Shown piece after piece: positions 30,423 to 41,091 of a stretch of 64,000 nucleotides of DNA. Source of the DNA: a virus. The position numbers were made by a program, and so were the translations under genes. The stretch covers positions 1 through 64,000 of IMG/VR virus record IMGVR_UViG_3300009151_000044. One strand, written 5' to 3'. Each line of letters opens with the position of its first letter. The first letter of the stretch is position 1. Under the pieces are notes generated by a model. The model did no database searches, was not told where the DNA came from, and saw only the letters and a list, made by a program, of their open reading frames with translations.

Positions 30423-31031
30423 ATGCAGAGTAAAGATACAACGGGAATTCATGTAGAAGGTCACATTAAGATTCATGACCCTGCTTCTGGTGAGGTTTTT
30501 ATTAATAAGCGTAATGCCGTTCATTACGAAAATATTAGTATTGCGCTAGCTCAGAGTATAGCGAACAGCGGCCAAGGTTTTATATATCAGATGGCCTTTG
30601 GTAACGGTGGCACTGCTATTGATCCAACTGGTATTATTACCTATTTGACTCCGAATAGTTCAGGATCAAATGCTAGTTTATATAATGAAACCTACACAAA
30701 GATCGTTGATGATAGAAGTAGTAATAACGTAGACCCAACTCGCAATTTTGTTGAAACTAGACACGTTACTGGCACAAATTATACTGACGTGTTTATTACT
30801 TGTTTGTTAGATTATGGTGAACCTAGCGGACAAAATGCTTACGATACAACAACTAATAATGAAAGTGCCTATGTTTTTGACGAGCTAGGGCTTAAATCAT
30901 ACAGTTCAACTGGGCAGAGTTTATTATTAACACATGTGGTATTCCATCCTGTACAAAAAAGTTTAAATCGATTGATTCAGATTGATTATACTGTGCGTAT
31001 TCAAAGTTTAACTGGTTTGGCAGGAGTATAA
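30423..31031 (+). CDS. Putative baseplate/tail-fibre attachment protein
   Basis: MAFGNGG...FDELGL...HPVQKS..R.IQIDY pattern resembles fibre-anchoring domains; precedes the fibre genes. Confidence 0.55.
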   Translation: MQSKDTTGIHVEGHIKIHDPASGEVFINKRNAVHYENISIALAQSIANSGQGFIYQMAFGNGGTAIDPTGIITYLTPNSSGSNASLYNETYTKIVDDRSSNNVDPTRNFVETRHVTGTNYTDVFITCLLDYGEPSGQNAYDTTTNNESAYVFDELGLKSYSSTGQSLLLTHVVFHPVQKSLNRLIQIDYTVRIQSLTGLAGV

Positions 31032-31034
31032 TAA

Positions 31035-33146
31035 ATGAGTTACCAAGTCAAATATACCGAAACAACAAATCCAAGTAAGCCCCCGATCACAGTCGAAGAT
31101 CAAACAGTTAACTCGCAAACTGATTTAAAATTTGTTGGAAAGAATTATGCCGGTTATGCTTCTTACATGGCAGAAAATTTCTTACATTTATTAGAAAATT
31201 TTTCTAAAAATACTGCCCCGACTCAGCCAGTTGAAGGCCAGCTATGGTACGACAACAGCCCAGATGTTAATTTATTAAAAGTATATGACGGCACAGTATG
31301 GACAGCGGCAGGTAGTGTTAAGAAATTAGATACTGCGCCTAGTGTTGGAATTATTGGCGACCTTTGGGTAAACACTAATACCCAACAGCTTCATGTATAT
31401 TCCGGGTCTAACTGGTTGTTAATTGGTCCACAGTATAGTTCAGGATCAAAAACGGGTCCAGATGTTGAAACTATTATTGACTCAAACAATATTTCTCATA
31501 GTGTAATTACATTTTGGGCAAACAATAGCAAGGTAGCAATATTAAGCAAAGAATCATTTAAGCCAAAGTTGTTCATTCCGGGATTTACTACTATCGGTCA
31601 GGGATTTAATATTAGTACAGTTGACGCTGACAGCACAACCGCTCCAACAAAGATGTGGGGAACTGCTAGCCAAGCCAATGCGTTGGTGATCAGCGGCTCT
31701 GCTGTTGCTGCAAGTAATTTTCTTAGAGGTGATGTAATAAGCACTTCTAATACTCCATTAAATATTAGAGCAAGTGGCGGACTAAGTATTGGTAGTGATT
31801 TAAGTTTTAATATTGGTCAAGAATTATCGTCGACTATTTTATATTCTAAAACTAGTGGCGGCACTATAGATCTTAAACTAACAGCAACTAACGGCACGAT
31901 AAACACAGTAGTGCGAGTTGATTCAAACAGTAGGGTTGGTATTAACACAATTAGTCCACAAGAAGCGTTAGATGTAAATGGAAACATCACTACTAGCGGA
32001 GATATTACAGCCGCTGGGTTAACTACTAGCAATACGCTAGCAGTACAATCAACATCAACGTTTGGCGACGATATTTTTACATTGGGTAAAATTGAAACTA
32101 GTTACCTAGATATTGATGGCAATCCGTTTACTTACCCTGTAATTATTCCAGGCCCAAATGATTCAGCAGACGCAATTTACGACATTGGATCTAGTACAAG
32201 AAGATTTAGAAATATATACGCTCAAGAATTTGTTGGAAATTTTAACGGAGCATTTACTGGATCATTATCGGGAAGTATTTCAGGATCGGCAGCAAAGTTA
32301 TCTAGCCCAACTACATTTAGACTAATAGGCGATGTAGCTAGTGATGATGTAGATTTTGACGGCCAAACGCCACAACCTGGTCATGATCCGGGTCTTATTG
32401 AATTTACTACATCTATTAGTCAAAACCTTATTACAGGAAAGCCGCAAGTTACTTCGTCAAAAAATGACGATCAATTATTAGTATATCGATCGGGGGTCGA
32501 CAGCGGATTAAAACGAGTTACAAGACAATCGTTTTTTGCCAATATTCCAACAGTACCTATTGGCTCTTTAATGCCTTTTGCTGGTACAGTGTTACCAAAC
32601 GGTTATTTGCTGTGCGATGGCGGCGAGGTGCGTATTAGTGAGTACCCAGAGTTATTTGGTGTAATCGGTTATACTTACAAGAGATTAGGGCTACGTGGTA
32701 AGAACACGTTTGCGCTGCCAGATTTACGTGGTCGATTTCCAATGGGGTCGGATAGCATGGACAATGGGACAACTGTTCCGGACAAAGATGATCCAACTAT
32801 TTTAATTGACGCAGGCGGAGGAAGTGCCAACAGAGTTACTGCTACATCAGCAGATAATATTGGAGACAGTAACGGAGTTGAAGAAATAAGCATTCAGATT
32901 AACAATCTTCCGGAACATAAACATACACTTCAAAGCGATTCTGGGTTACAATATTTTGCCGGGGGAAGTCCAACAGGTGATGCTGATGGCGGAACGATCG
33001 CAGGTTACGGAGTTTCGGCCGGCGCATCAGGATATGGATTGCCTAATAGCGGAGGAGTTTCGTCACCGCGGCTTGGCGATACTATTAGCACTATGAACCC
33101 TTATATCACAATTAATTATATTATCTTTACTGGTGTCATACAATGA
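31035..33146 (+). CDS. Tail fibre with tail-collar domain (gp12-like short fibre)
   Basis: PIGSLMPFAG..LPNGYLLCDG...YPELFGVIG...TFALPDLRGRFPMG collar domain; NLPEHKH; NPYITINYII. Confidence 0.85.
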   Translation: MSYQVKYTETTNPSKPPITVEDQTVNSQTDLKFVGKNYAGYASYMAENFLHLLENFSKNTAPTQPVEGQLWYDNSPDVNLLKVYDGTVWTAAGSVKKLDTAPSVGIIGDLWVNTNTQQLHVYSGSNWLLIGPQYSSGSKTGPDVETIIDSNNISHSVITFWANNSKVAILSKESFKPKLFIPGFTTIGQGFNISTVDADSTTAPTKMWGTASQANALVISGSAVAASNFLRGDVISTSNTPLNIRASGGLSIGSDLSFNIGQELSSTILYSKTSGGTIDLKLTATNGTINTVVRVDSNSRVGINTISPQEALDVNGNITTSGDITAAGLTTSNTLAVQSTSTFGDDIFTLGKIETSYLDIDGNPFTYPVIIPGPNDSADAIYDIGSSTRRFRNIYAQEFVGNFNGAFTGSLSGSISGSAAKLSSPTTFRLIGDVASDDVDFDGQTPQPGHDPGLIEFTTSISQNLITGKPQVTSSKNDDQLLVYRSGVDSGLKRVTRQSFFANIPTVPIGSLMPFAGTVLPNGYLLCDGGEVRISEYPELFGVIGYTYKRLGLRGKNTFALPDLRGRFPMGSDSMDNGTTVPDKDDPTILIDAGGGSANRVTATSADNIGDSNGVEEISIQINNLPEHKHTLQSDSGLQYFAGGSPTGDADGGTIAGYGVSAGASGYGLPNSGGVSSPRLGDTISTMNPYITINYIIFTGVIQ

Positions 33147-34993
33147 GCTACATAATCAATAAAACTGATGGATCTGTATTAACAGAAATAGTTGACGGCA
33201 CTATTGACCAAACAGCCACTGACTTAACACTAGTCGGAAAAAATGCCAGTAGTTACGGTGAAGCATTTAATGAAAATTTTGTTCATCTCTTAGAAAATTT
33301 TGCCAATACTAGCGCACCGAATAATCCGATTCAAGGGCAATTATGGTTTGATACTAGTGAAAATAGATTAAAAATTTACGACGGTGGTGGCTTTAAAGTA
33401 AGCGGAGGTAGTATTGTTTCTAATACTATTCCTTCAACTATCGGCCAAGGCGATATATGGATTGATAGTCGAAGGAAACAACTGTATTTCAACGATGGAG
33501 TATCTACTATATTAGCAGGACCATCTTGGTCAACGTTCCAAGGAATAACTGGATGCGAAGTAGTTGATATAGCCGATACCAATAATAATCCTCGAACAAT
33601 AATTTTATTCAAGGTTGGTGGGATTTTATTAGGAATTTTTAGTAATACTCAATTTGTTCCACTGATTGACGGCGATGGATTAGGTCTTGAGTTTCAAGGT
33701 CCGTCTTTTAACATAGCCACTAGTTACGTTAGGGGCGATCGAGTAACACATAGAAATAACCCGAATACTCCTCCTACGTTAATATATGAAGCAATTACAG
33801 CAAGTGTTCCAACGGGAACATTGCCGACTGATATTACATATTGGAAACAGGTAACTATTAGTCCTGGGTTTAATGCTAGTACACTAGGCAATTTAAAATT
33901 TGATGTTACTACTACACGAGCAAATGCGTTAATCGATGGTAACGGCGATTTGAAAACCGCAGATAATTTTATAGGTAATGTAGGCGATGCTTCTATCAAT
34001 GGTACATTAACTATCACTAACGTAGTTCCTCTAATTCTTGGCGGAAGTACACAGTCTCAAGTAACAGTCAGTAATGCGCTATTTGAATTAGCATCAAATA
34101 TATCTGATCAAAACTTCCAAGTATCGTCAAAGAACGCAGCCAACGGACTGCAAGCTAGTATCTTCGTTAATTCTCGAAATGAAAAGGTGGGCATTTATAC
34201 TAATACACCAACAGCCACGTTAGATGTCAACGGTGATACTCGTATTAGAGGTAGTTTGACAGTTGAAAAGAACATTACTGCTATCAATCAGTACGAAGTA
34301 AATATTGAAGAAAAACTTCTCAATCTAGGTAAAACATCAAACGCAACTAATAGTACAGCGAATGGCGGCGGTATCTTATTAGAAGGCGGACTAGACGGTG
34401 ATAAAACCTTATTATGGTCATCTACTATACCAGCATGGTCAAGCTCGGAAAATTTTAATATTGCCAGTTCTAAAGGATACTTTATCAACGGTATCCAAAT
34501 ACTAAATTATACAACACTTGGTAGTTCTGTACTTAATTCTAGCCTAACTGGAGTTGGTATATTACGTGCTTTACAAGTTTATAGCAATTCTGCTTCATGC
34601 GGTACCAGCATTGACGGAAATACAATTAGCTATACTAGTAATAGTTTTGCGTCTGGCGATGTTGTATTATTACCAAAGGGCACTGGAAATGTCAGTGTTA
34701 GTAATAGAAAGATTGTTAACGTTTCAAACGCCCAAGATGCTACAGATGCTGTAAATTTACAAACAGTACAGGCGTTAATTAGCAGTGCTCCCCTAGGATT
34801 GTCAGCTGATACAGCGTTTTTAGCCGGAGCAACGTTAAATGCTGACATTGCCACACAGATTATTGAAAAAGTTTATCCAGCAATTACCCACGGGATTGGT
34901 ACAGAATGTAGAATTTGGTGTATTGATCTAGGAATTGCAAAGCTATTCACTATATCTGCTCTTGGGGTATGGGGTTGGTCAACCAATCTGTAA
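33143..34993 (+). CDS. Tail fibre protein (paralogue 2)
   Basis: Shared N-terminal GKN...YGE..NENF..LLENFAN...GQLW domain; VGIYTNTPTATLDVNG; DATDAVNL motif. Confidence 0.8.
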   Translation: MSYIINKTDGSVLTEIVDGTIDQTATDLTLVGKNASSYGEAFNENFVHLLENFANTSAPNNPIQGQLWFDTSENRLKIYDGGGFKVSGGSIVSNTIPSTIGQGDIWIDSRRKQLYFNDGVSTILAGPSWSTFQGITGCEVVDIADTNNNPRTIILFKVGGILLGIFSNTQFVPLIDGDGLGLEFQGPSFNIATSYVRGDRVTHRNNPNTPPTLIYEAITASVPTGTLPTDITYWKQVTISPGFNASTLGNLKFDVTTTRANALIDGNGDLKTADNFIGNVGDASINGTLTITNVVPLILGGSTQSQVTVSNALFELASNISDQNFQVSSKNAANGLQASIFVNSRNEKVGIYTNTPTATLDVNGDTRIRGSLTVEKNITAINQYEVNIEEKLLNLGKTSNATNSTANGGGILLEGGLDGDKTLLWSSTIPAWSSSENFNIASSKGYFINGIQILNYTTLGSSVLNSSLTGVGILRALQVYSNSASCGTSIDGNTISYTSNSFASGDVVLLPKGTGNVSVSNRKIVNVSNAQDATDAVNLQTVQALISSAPLGLSADTAFLAGATLNADIATQIIEKVYPAITHGIGTECRIWCIDLGIAKLFTISALGVWGWSTNL

Positions 34994-35007
34994 ACGAGCC
35001 AAAATAG

Positions 35008-35015
35008 AATAAATA
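35008..35015 (+). promoter_or_regulatory. Late-promoter-like motif (AATAAATA)
   Basis: Intergenic, upstream of the AAGGA RBS and the third fibre gene. Confidence 0.65.
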
Positions 35016-35038
35016 CTAAGAATAAGGAATGATGGAAA

Positions 35039-36574
35039 ATGCCATATACGATTAATCATTACAACGGAGATTTTGCTGTTACTGTTGCCGACGGCACAGT
35101 TGATACTAGCTATGCAGTTAAACTTGTTGGCAAAAACTACGCTGGTTACGGTGAACTTCAGAATGAGAACTTTCTAGCATTGTTAGAAAACTTTGCTAAC
35201 GGCATTGAACCAGCAAGAAAAACAGCGGGTCAACTGTGGTATAACAGCACAGACAAAAAATTAAAGTTTTTTGACGGTAGTAAATTTAAGTCAACAGGCG
35301 GAGCAGAAATAACTGATAGTGTTGAACCGTTAGGGCTTGTTGAGGGCGATTTTTGGTGGAAACGCAGTACCAAACAATTATTTGCTAGAAATAACGCAGG
35401 AACATTTACACTAGTTGGGCCGCAGGCCGCCGGAACAAATCAAACTGAAATGTTTTCTAGAGAATTAATCGATACTAGAATTCCAGCACAAACTCATCCG
35501 GTAATTGAAGCAAGAGTTAATGGTCTTACATCGTTTATTATTGCGCCAATTGACGCAGTACCTTTTAATATTGATAAAGGTATTGAAGGACAAAATATCT
35601 CAGGTTTTACTACAGTTCACCCTGGAATTACACTAGCGTTGACTGAAGAATCAGATCCAGCTAATGATATGTATGGTGTTACTGATTCGGCAGACATTAG
35701 ATTCTTTGGTACTGCTACTAACTCAGACAAGCTAGGCGGCGTGCTGGCAGCAAACTTTGTAAGGAATGATCAAGCATCTGCATTTACTCGAGTTGTTAGA
35801 TTTGCCGATGCTGGTTATACAGTCGGTGATAGTTGGGCAACAAACGGTTTATTAGTTGATATTTCTGGAGCATATCCAAGAATACAAACACAAGGTTCAT
35901 CTTTACGAGTACAAACAAAAGCATCAGGAGTTATAAAGACTCCTATTAAATTAGTTGGCAATGCAATTCTTAACGGCGGTGACGACAACGACGGATTTAC
36001 ATACGACATCGGTTCATCTACTGTAAAATTCAACACAGTCTATGCCAATGTTTTTAATGGTGCTGCCACTAAGGCTGACAGTGTAAGTGTAGGTGGTGTA
36101 TATAGAACTGCTAGCGTTGATTCGTCTGGTGTTGGAACAGGTAATACGATCGTTGCTAGAGACGCTACCGGTAATATCAATGCCGTATTATTTCAAGGTA
36201 TTGCTACACAAGCTCGTTATGCTGACTTAGCAGAAAAATATCTTGCTGATGTCGACTATGAGATTGGTACAGTTGTGATGATCGGTGGTGAAAAAGAGGT
36301 TACAGCCGGACAGGTTGGATTCCGTGCTATTGGCGCAGTATCTGCTAACCCGGCATACATGATGAATAGCGATTTAGAAGGCGGCACTTACATTGCGTTA
36401 AAAGGCCGTGTTCCTGTCAAAGTAATAGGGCATATTGCCAAGGGTCAACGTTTAGTGGCAGGCGCCGACGGCACTGCGCAAGCCGCATCTGGTAATACAG
36501 CTGACTATTTTGCTATAGCATTAGAAACAAGTGCTGACGCTGGTACGCGATTAGTTGAAGCTTTAATTTTATAA
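35039..36574 (+). CDS. Tail fibre protein (paralogue 3) with C-terminal intramolecular-chaperone/peptidase-G2-like domain
   Basis: Same N-terminal domain; C-terminal ADLAEKY...GTVV.IGG.KEVT...NPAYMMN...ALKGRVPVKV. Confidence 0.8.
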   Translation: MPYTINHYNGDFAVTVADGTVDTSYAVKLVGKNYAGYGELQNENFLALLENFANGIEPARKTAGQLWYNSTDKKLKFFDGSKFKSTGGAEITDSVEPLGLVEGDFWWKRSTKQLFARNNAGTFTLVGPQAAGTNQTEMFSRELIDTRIPAQTHPVIEARVNGLTSFIIAPIDAVPFNIDKGIEGQNISGFTTVHPGITLALTEESDPANDMYGVTDSADIRFFGTATNSDKLGGVLAANFVRNDQASAFTRVVRFADAGYTVGDSWATNGLLVDISGAYPRIQTQGSSLRVQTKASGVIKTPIKLVGNAILNGGDDNDGFTYDIGSSTVKFNTVYANVFNGAATKADSVSVGGVYRTASVDSSGVGTGNTIVARDATGNINAVLFQGIATQARYADLAEKYLADVDYEIGTVVMIGGEKEVTAGQVGFRAIGAVSANPAYMMNSDLEGGTYIALKGRVPVKVIGHIAKGQRLVAGADGTAQAASGNTADYFAIALETSADAGTRLVEALIL

Positions 36575-36586
36575 TAGGATACAAAA

Positions 36587-37531
36587 ATGGCCGCAGGTGT
36601 TGGACAAAAAATTGAAGCCACTGACTATAACAGTATTCAAAATAAAATAGCTGGAATTTTGGGAACTGGTAGTGGTACTTCTGGATACGGACAAGCAGTC
36701 TCTAGTTCGGCTGTTGTGTCCGGCGACAAAATCAATCTCAGCGGTTGGTTAAATCTCAGAGCTGATTTACGTGCTGCACGCGAGCATCAATTAGGCACTG
36801 GTACAGTTAGTACAGGTACTGCTACTGATGGCGCAAATTTACTAGTTCCTGCCAATAGCCTAGTTGTTACTGAAGAACTTAGAAATCAATACAATTTATT
36901 TGCTGATACAGTGATAGCAAACAAATGGTTATTAGGCACTCCGGGTCAATACTCAACAGAAATTGTTATTACCTATGCTAAATCGGGTGCTTGGAACGGT
37001 ACAATATCTAATGTAGTTACTATTTCTGGTAGCGCAAGCGGTGCTGGCACTGTTGATAATATGCGATTCTTTTTTAATGCTGGCGGTAGTTTTCAACTTC
37101 AATCTAGTCGAACTGGCCCAAGCGCAGGATCAAAAGATGACACTTGGACAACCATGTTAACTCAGGCAGCAGTGGTTACTATGAATCATAGTACTACTAC
37201 TTACTCCGGGTCAAATGGCACAGTATATAGTATTGGATATGATTCGCTAACTACATCAAATCAACTAATCTTTGGAAAACCGGCAGACGCAGGAAAGTAC
37301 GCAGAAAACGATTATTTTATCTATGCTAGAAAATCAGCTAACGGTGCTGATGTTATTTTTACATTACAATTCCAGGATGATGATACTGGGGATCAAACCG
37401 GTCTTGGCCCACCAGTAGATGAGAATGTCAATGCTGCCGGCGGCACTTTAAATACTTCAGTAAGTATGATTAGACCATCTGGGTCAAATGTTTCGATACT
37501 AGCACCTACATCAAGCCAAACCGGAATGTAA
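36587..37531 (+). CDS. Putative virion structural protein
   Basis: G/S/T-rich; I.ATDYN....GYGQ and RFFFNAGG motifs; follows the fibre genes. Confidence 0.6.
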   Translation: MAAGVGQKIEATDYNSIQNKIAGILGTGSGTSGYGQAVSSSAVVSGDKINLSGWLNLRADLRAAREHQLGTGTVSTGTATDGANLLVPANSLVVTEELRNQYNLFADTVIANKWLLGTPGQYSTEIVITYAKSGAWNGTISNVVTISGSASGAGTVDNMRFFFNAGGSFQLQSSRTGPSAGSKDDTWTTMLTQAAVVTMNHSTTTYSGSNGTVYSIGYDSLTTSNQLIFGKPADAGKYAENDYFIYARKSANGADVIFTLQFQDDDTGDQTGLGPPVDENVNAAGGTLNTSVSMIRPSGSNVSILAPTSSQTGM

Positions 37532-37550
37532 GCTCCCGCTGTAAAAAATA

Positions 37551-37558
37551 GATAATTA
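37551..37558 (+). promoter_or_regulatory. Late-promoter variant (GATAATTA) heading the glycosyltransferase cluster
   Basis: One mismatch to the recurrent motif; upstream of the GAGG RBS and ATG 37583. Confidence 0.45.
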
Positions 37559-37582
37559 CTTGATATATTCAAGAGGTTATCT

Positions 37583-37933
37583 ATGGACGAACGTTTAGAA
37601 AAAGCGTATCAAGTTGTCAACTACATGGCAACGCTATCTGCTCAAAAACGAGTAATTAAAGAAGAATTTGATCAAAAGTTGCTGCATTATGTAAACGGTA
37701 GCACATTCAAAATCACACCAACTTTAATTAATTTTACAAAAACAGTTATAGATCTAGGGCATACTACTGATGTGGCATTTCTAGACGAAAATAATCTTCC
37801 AGTACTTATCGAAGATGTACAGGTATTTTTTGATATAATTGTTGATCAATATTTTCAATCCTTAAATATCTACGCAGTTAAGACAGCAGAAATTAAGTCT
37901 AAACGTTCAGTAACAGCTATTACTTCATTATGA
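37583..37933 (+). CDS. Hypothetical protein
   Basis: 116-aa ORF with GAGG RBS; overlaps the next gene (ATGA). Confidence 0.75.
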   Translation: MDERLEKAYQVVNYMATLSAQKRVIKEEFDQKLLHYVNGSTFKITPTLINFTKTVIDLGHTTDVAFLDENNLPVLIEDVQVFFDIIVDQYFQSLNIYAVKTAEIKSKRSVTAITSL

Positions 37934-38763
37934 CCCACGGCGCAGTTATATTCGCACAAAATAACGGAGCAATTGACTATGTTAAAATTGCAACATTTTC
38001 TGCTAAACAAATTAAAAAATATTTGAATATTCCTGTATCGTTAATTACTGATTCTCCCACATCAGTAACTGAAGATGTGTTTGATCAAATTATTGTAATT
38101 AGTTCTAATACCACGCAAACAAAGAAATTTTTTGACGGCGCATTATCATCAAAAAATTTAATATGGAAAAATCAATCACGTAGTCAGGTGTTTGAACTAA
38201 CACCGTATGATACAACATTAGTCATCGACAGCGATTATATCGTTAATTCATCAGTGTTATTACCTGCTTTTGATAGCGACAGTAATTTTCAAATATATCG
38301 TACTAGTTTAGATCTTGCCGGTTGGCGCAACACCAGTAGCTTTGATAGATTAAATCAGTACAGTATTCCATTTTATTGGGCCACAGTGTTTATATTCAAG
38401 AAAGATGAAATTACACAAACATTTTTTAATATTGTAGATAATATTAAATTAAATTGGGAATATTATAGATTATTGTATACTATAGATTCAAAAGTATTTA
38501 GAAATGATTTTGCTTTTAGTATAGCAATTCATATTATGAATAACAATACTACTGGCGAGTTTGCTACTGCGCTTCCGGGGAGTATGACATATATCCTAGA
38601 TCGAGATTTGTTAGTAGAAATGGCAGAAGATAGAATGCAATTCTTAGTTGAAAAAGAAAGCTACCACGGAGAATATACGCTAGTTAAAACTACAGGACTT
38701 GATGTCCATGTCATGAATAAATCTAGTTTACTTAGAGTAGTTGAAGGAGGTCAAGGTGTCTAA
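37930..38763 (+). CDS. GT-A fold (GT8-like) glycosyltransferase-like protein
   Basis: VSLITD; TPYDTTLVIDSDY (DxD); FRNDFAFSIA; HVMNK. Confidence 0.7.
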   Translation: MTHGAVIFAQNNGAIDYVKIATFSAKQIKKYLNIPVSLITDSPTSVTEDVFDQIIVISSNTTQTKKFFDGALSSKNLIWKNQSRSQVFELTPYDTTLVIDSDYIVNSSVLLPAFDSDSNFQIYRTSLDLAGWRNTSSFDRLNQYSIPFYWATVFIFKKDEITQTFFNIVDNIKLNWEYYRLLYTIDSKVFRNDFAFSIAIHIMNNNTTGEFATALPGSMTYILDRDLLVEMAEDRMQFLVEKESYHGEYTLVKTTGLDVHVMNKSSLLRVVEGGQGV

Positions 38764-39598
38764 AGGATTCGTTGTTCTTGCTCAAAATACAAGCACAGTA
38801 GACTATGTAAAGCAAGCATATGCTCTTGCGCTTAGTATTAAAAATACTCAAAAAACAGTAACTACAATTTCATTAATCACTAATGATCCAGTGCCTGTCC
38901 AATACAAACATGTATTCGATAAAATAATAGAAATTCCGTGGGGCGATCTTGCGAATAACCCAGTTTGGAAAATTGAAAATCGTTGGAAGATATTTCATGT
39001 ATCTCCATACGAAGAAACAATTGTATTAGATACTGACATGTTATTTTTAGATGATATTAGTGATTGGTGGAAGTATTGTAGTAATAGTGATCTTAAATTT
39101 TGCTCAACGATTAAAAATTATAAAAATGAAATTATATCTACAGACATTGTACATAGGAAAACGTTTATTGCTAACAAGTTACCTAACCCTTATGTGGCAT
39201 TATTTTATTTTAAAAAATCAGACTTAGCACTTGAGTTCTTTAAGGTGTTAGAATTTGTTGTTAAAAATTGGGAATTTTGTTCAAAAACTATTACTACTAC
39301 TAGCCCGCAAAAATGGCTCAGTATTGATTTAGCAACGGCAATGTCAATCTACATTATGGGCATTGAAGAACAGGTACTAGACCCATGTTCACCACTTGAG
39401 TTTACACATATGAAGACTGCGATCCAAGGATGGAGTCCAGTTCCGTCATCGTGGCAAAATGTTGTATCGTTTAATTTTGATGACGGAGTTATGCTAGTTG
39501 GCAATTATCGTCAACAGTTTTTGTTTCATTATGTAGAAAAAGATTTTCTAACAGACACCATGCTGGTAAAATTAGAAGGGCAAAAAATTTATGACTGA
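38756..39598 (+). CDS. GT-A fold (GT8-like) glycosyltransferase-like protein, paralogue of the preceding gene
   Basis: ISLITND; ENRWK; SPYEETIVLDTDMLF (DxD); HMK; FHY. GTG start after GGAGG. Confidence 0.75.
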   Translation: MSKGFVVLAQNTSTVDYVKQAYALALSIKNTQKTVTTISLITNDPVPVQYKHVFDKIIEIPWGDLANNPVWKIENRWKIFHVSPYEETIVLDTDMLFLDDISDWWKYCSNSDLKFCSTIKNYKNEIISTDIVHRKTFIANKLPNPYVALFYFKKSDLALEFFKVLEFVVKNWEFCSKTITTTSPQKWLSIDLATAMSIYIMGIEEQVLDPCSPLEFTHMKTAIQGWSPVPSSWQNVVSFNFDDGVMLVGNYRQQFLFHYVEKDFLTDTMLVKLEGQKIYD

Positions 39599-40208
39599 CG
39601 AAATAGAATACCTAACTGATGAACAACTAGCTTCTATTTCTGGTGTTATTGATAATCTATATTACGTTTATTTTCTTGAAGGCGGTAAAATAGATGCCAT
39701 TACTAATGAAAAACGAGAAAACAGTGCTGTCAATTTTATCAAAGTAGAGTACAACCGAATTGAAAAATTCCTAGTTGGCAAGGAAAATTTTTCTGAATAT
39801 ATTGTGTCGTTGATTGATAAAGATACTCCGGTTATTGTTAAACCGTCCGAGTCAATTAACGCAAATACACACTGGTTATTAAAAATAATTGACCAACCTA
39901 CAGACAACACTACACTGACTATAGTATGGAATAACGTTAACAAAACTTGGAAATTTTCTATTAATGAATCTTCAAGAACACAAATTAAACAGATTGGATT
40001 AACGGCGCAATTATTATTTTTTATCACGTTTAACAATAATCCAAATTTCTTAATTAGAACAATTAGTATAGACATACTTGATATATCAAACACAGAAGCA
40101 ATTGAAATTCCATGGATTTCAGCGTCAGAACAAGATTATTATAGTATATCTATCAGTACCCGACGATTCTTTGAATCTTATGGAATTTTAAAGTATGAGC
40201 AAAATTAA
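39591..40208 (+). CDS. Hypothetical protein in the glycosyltransferase cluster
   Basis: 205-aa ORF overlapping both neighbours. Confidence 0.7.
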   Translation: MTDEIEYLTDEQLASISGVIDNLYYVYFLEGGKIDAITNEKRENSAVNFIKVEYNRIEKFLVGKENFSEYIVSLIDKDTPVIVKPSESINANTHWLLKIIDQPTDNTTLTIVWNNVNKTWKFSINESSRTQIKQIGLTAQLLFFITFNNNPNFLIRTISIDILDISNTEAIEIPWISASEQDYYSISISTRRFFESYGILKYEQN

Positions 40209-41091
40209 AATCATTGAACAAGATGTTATATTTCTCAGTTACGATGAACCAAATGCTGAAAAAAACTACGCAGATTTATGTAATAAACTACCGTGGGCTA
40301 AACGTGTTCACGGTGTAAAAGGCAGCGATGCTGCACACAAAGCCTGCGCCGCGCTAAGTGACACTGAGTACTTTGTTACTGTAGATGCTGACAACATAGT
40401 CGATACAGAATTTTTTAAAATTGAAATAGATCTAGACGAATTGAATTTAACCCCGGACCATGTGTTTAGTTGGTGTGGTAGTGTTCATGTTAATGGATTA
40501 AGGTATGGCAATGGCGGCCTTAAACTATGGACACGTAAATTTGTTAACAATATGAAAACACACGAAAATTCAAATCCAGATGACACTAAAGGGCTAGTTG
40601 AATTTTGTTTTGATGACAAGTATTATCAATTTAACGAAAACTACAGCGAAAGTTATACTAATGCCAGCCCCTTTCAAGCATGGAGAGCAGGATTTCGTGA
40701 AGGTGTAAAAATGAGCTTAGATCAGGGTGCTAAGGTAAAAGACCTTAAAACTATTTGGTGGCAAAATTACGATCGATTATTAATATGGTGTAATGTAGGT
40801 GCCGATGTTGAACATGGATTATGGTCAATGTACGGAGCCAGAGAAGGCGCATATTTAACCAACTGTACAGATTGGGATTATGCTAATGTGCGCGACTTTG
40901 AATGGCTTACTAATGAGTGGGAAACTACGTATAGTAAAATTACAACAGATATGTTGCCGTATGAAATTATGGGATTAGGTGAAACATTAATTCACGAATG
41001 CGGTCTAGAAATAACAACATTAGACTCTAACAGCAGTAAATTTTTTAAAACAGTTTATAACAACACTCCTCGTAGAATAAGAAAACGATAA
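40195..41091 (+). CDS. GT-A-like glycosyltransferase-family protein
   Basis: DVIFLSYDE; RVHGVKG..AAH; VTVDADN (DxD); NGLRYGNGG; AWRAGFRE.VK. Confidence 0.65.
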   Translation: MSKIKIIEQDVIFLSYDEPNAEKNYADLCNKLPWAKRVHGVKGSDAAHKACAALSDTEYFVTVDADNIVDTEFFKIEIDLDELNLTPDHVFSWCGSVHVNGLRYGNGGLKLWTRKFVNNMKTHENSNPDDTKGLVEFCFDDKYYQFNENYSESYTNASPFQAWRAGFREGVKMSLDQGAKVKDLKTIWWQNYDRLLIWCNVGADVEHGLWSMYGAREGAYLTNCTDWDYANVRDFEWLTNEWETTYSKITTDMLPYEIMGLGETLIHECGLEITTLDSNSSKFFKTVYNNTPRRIRKR

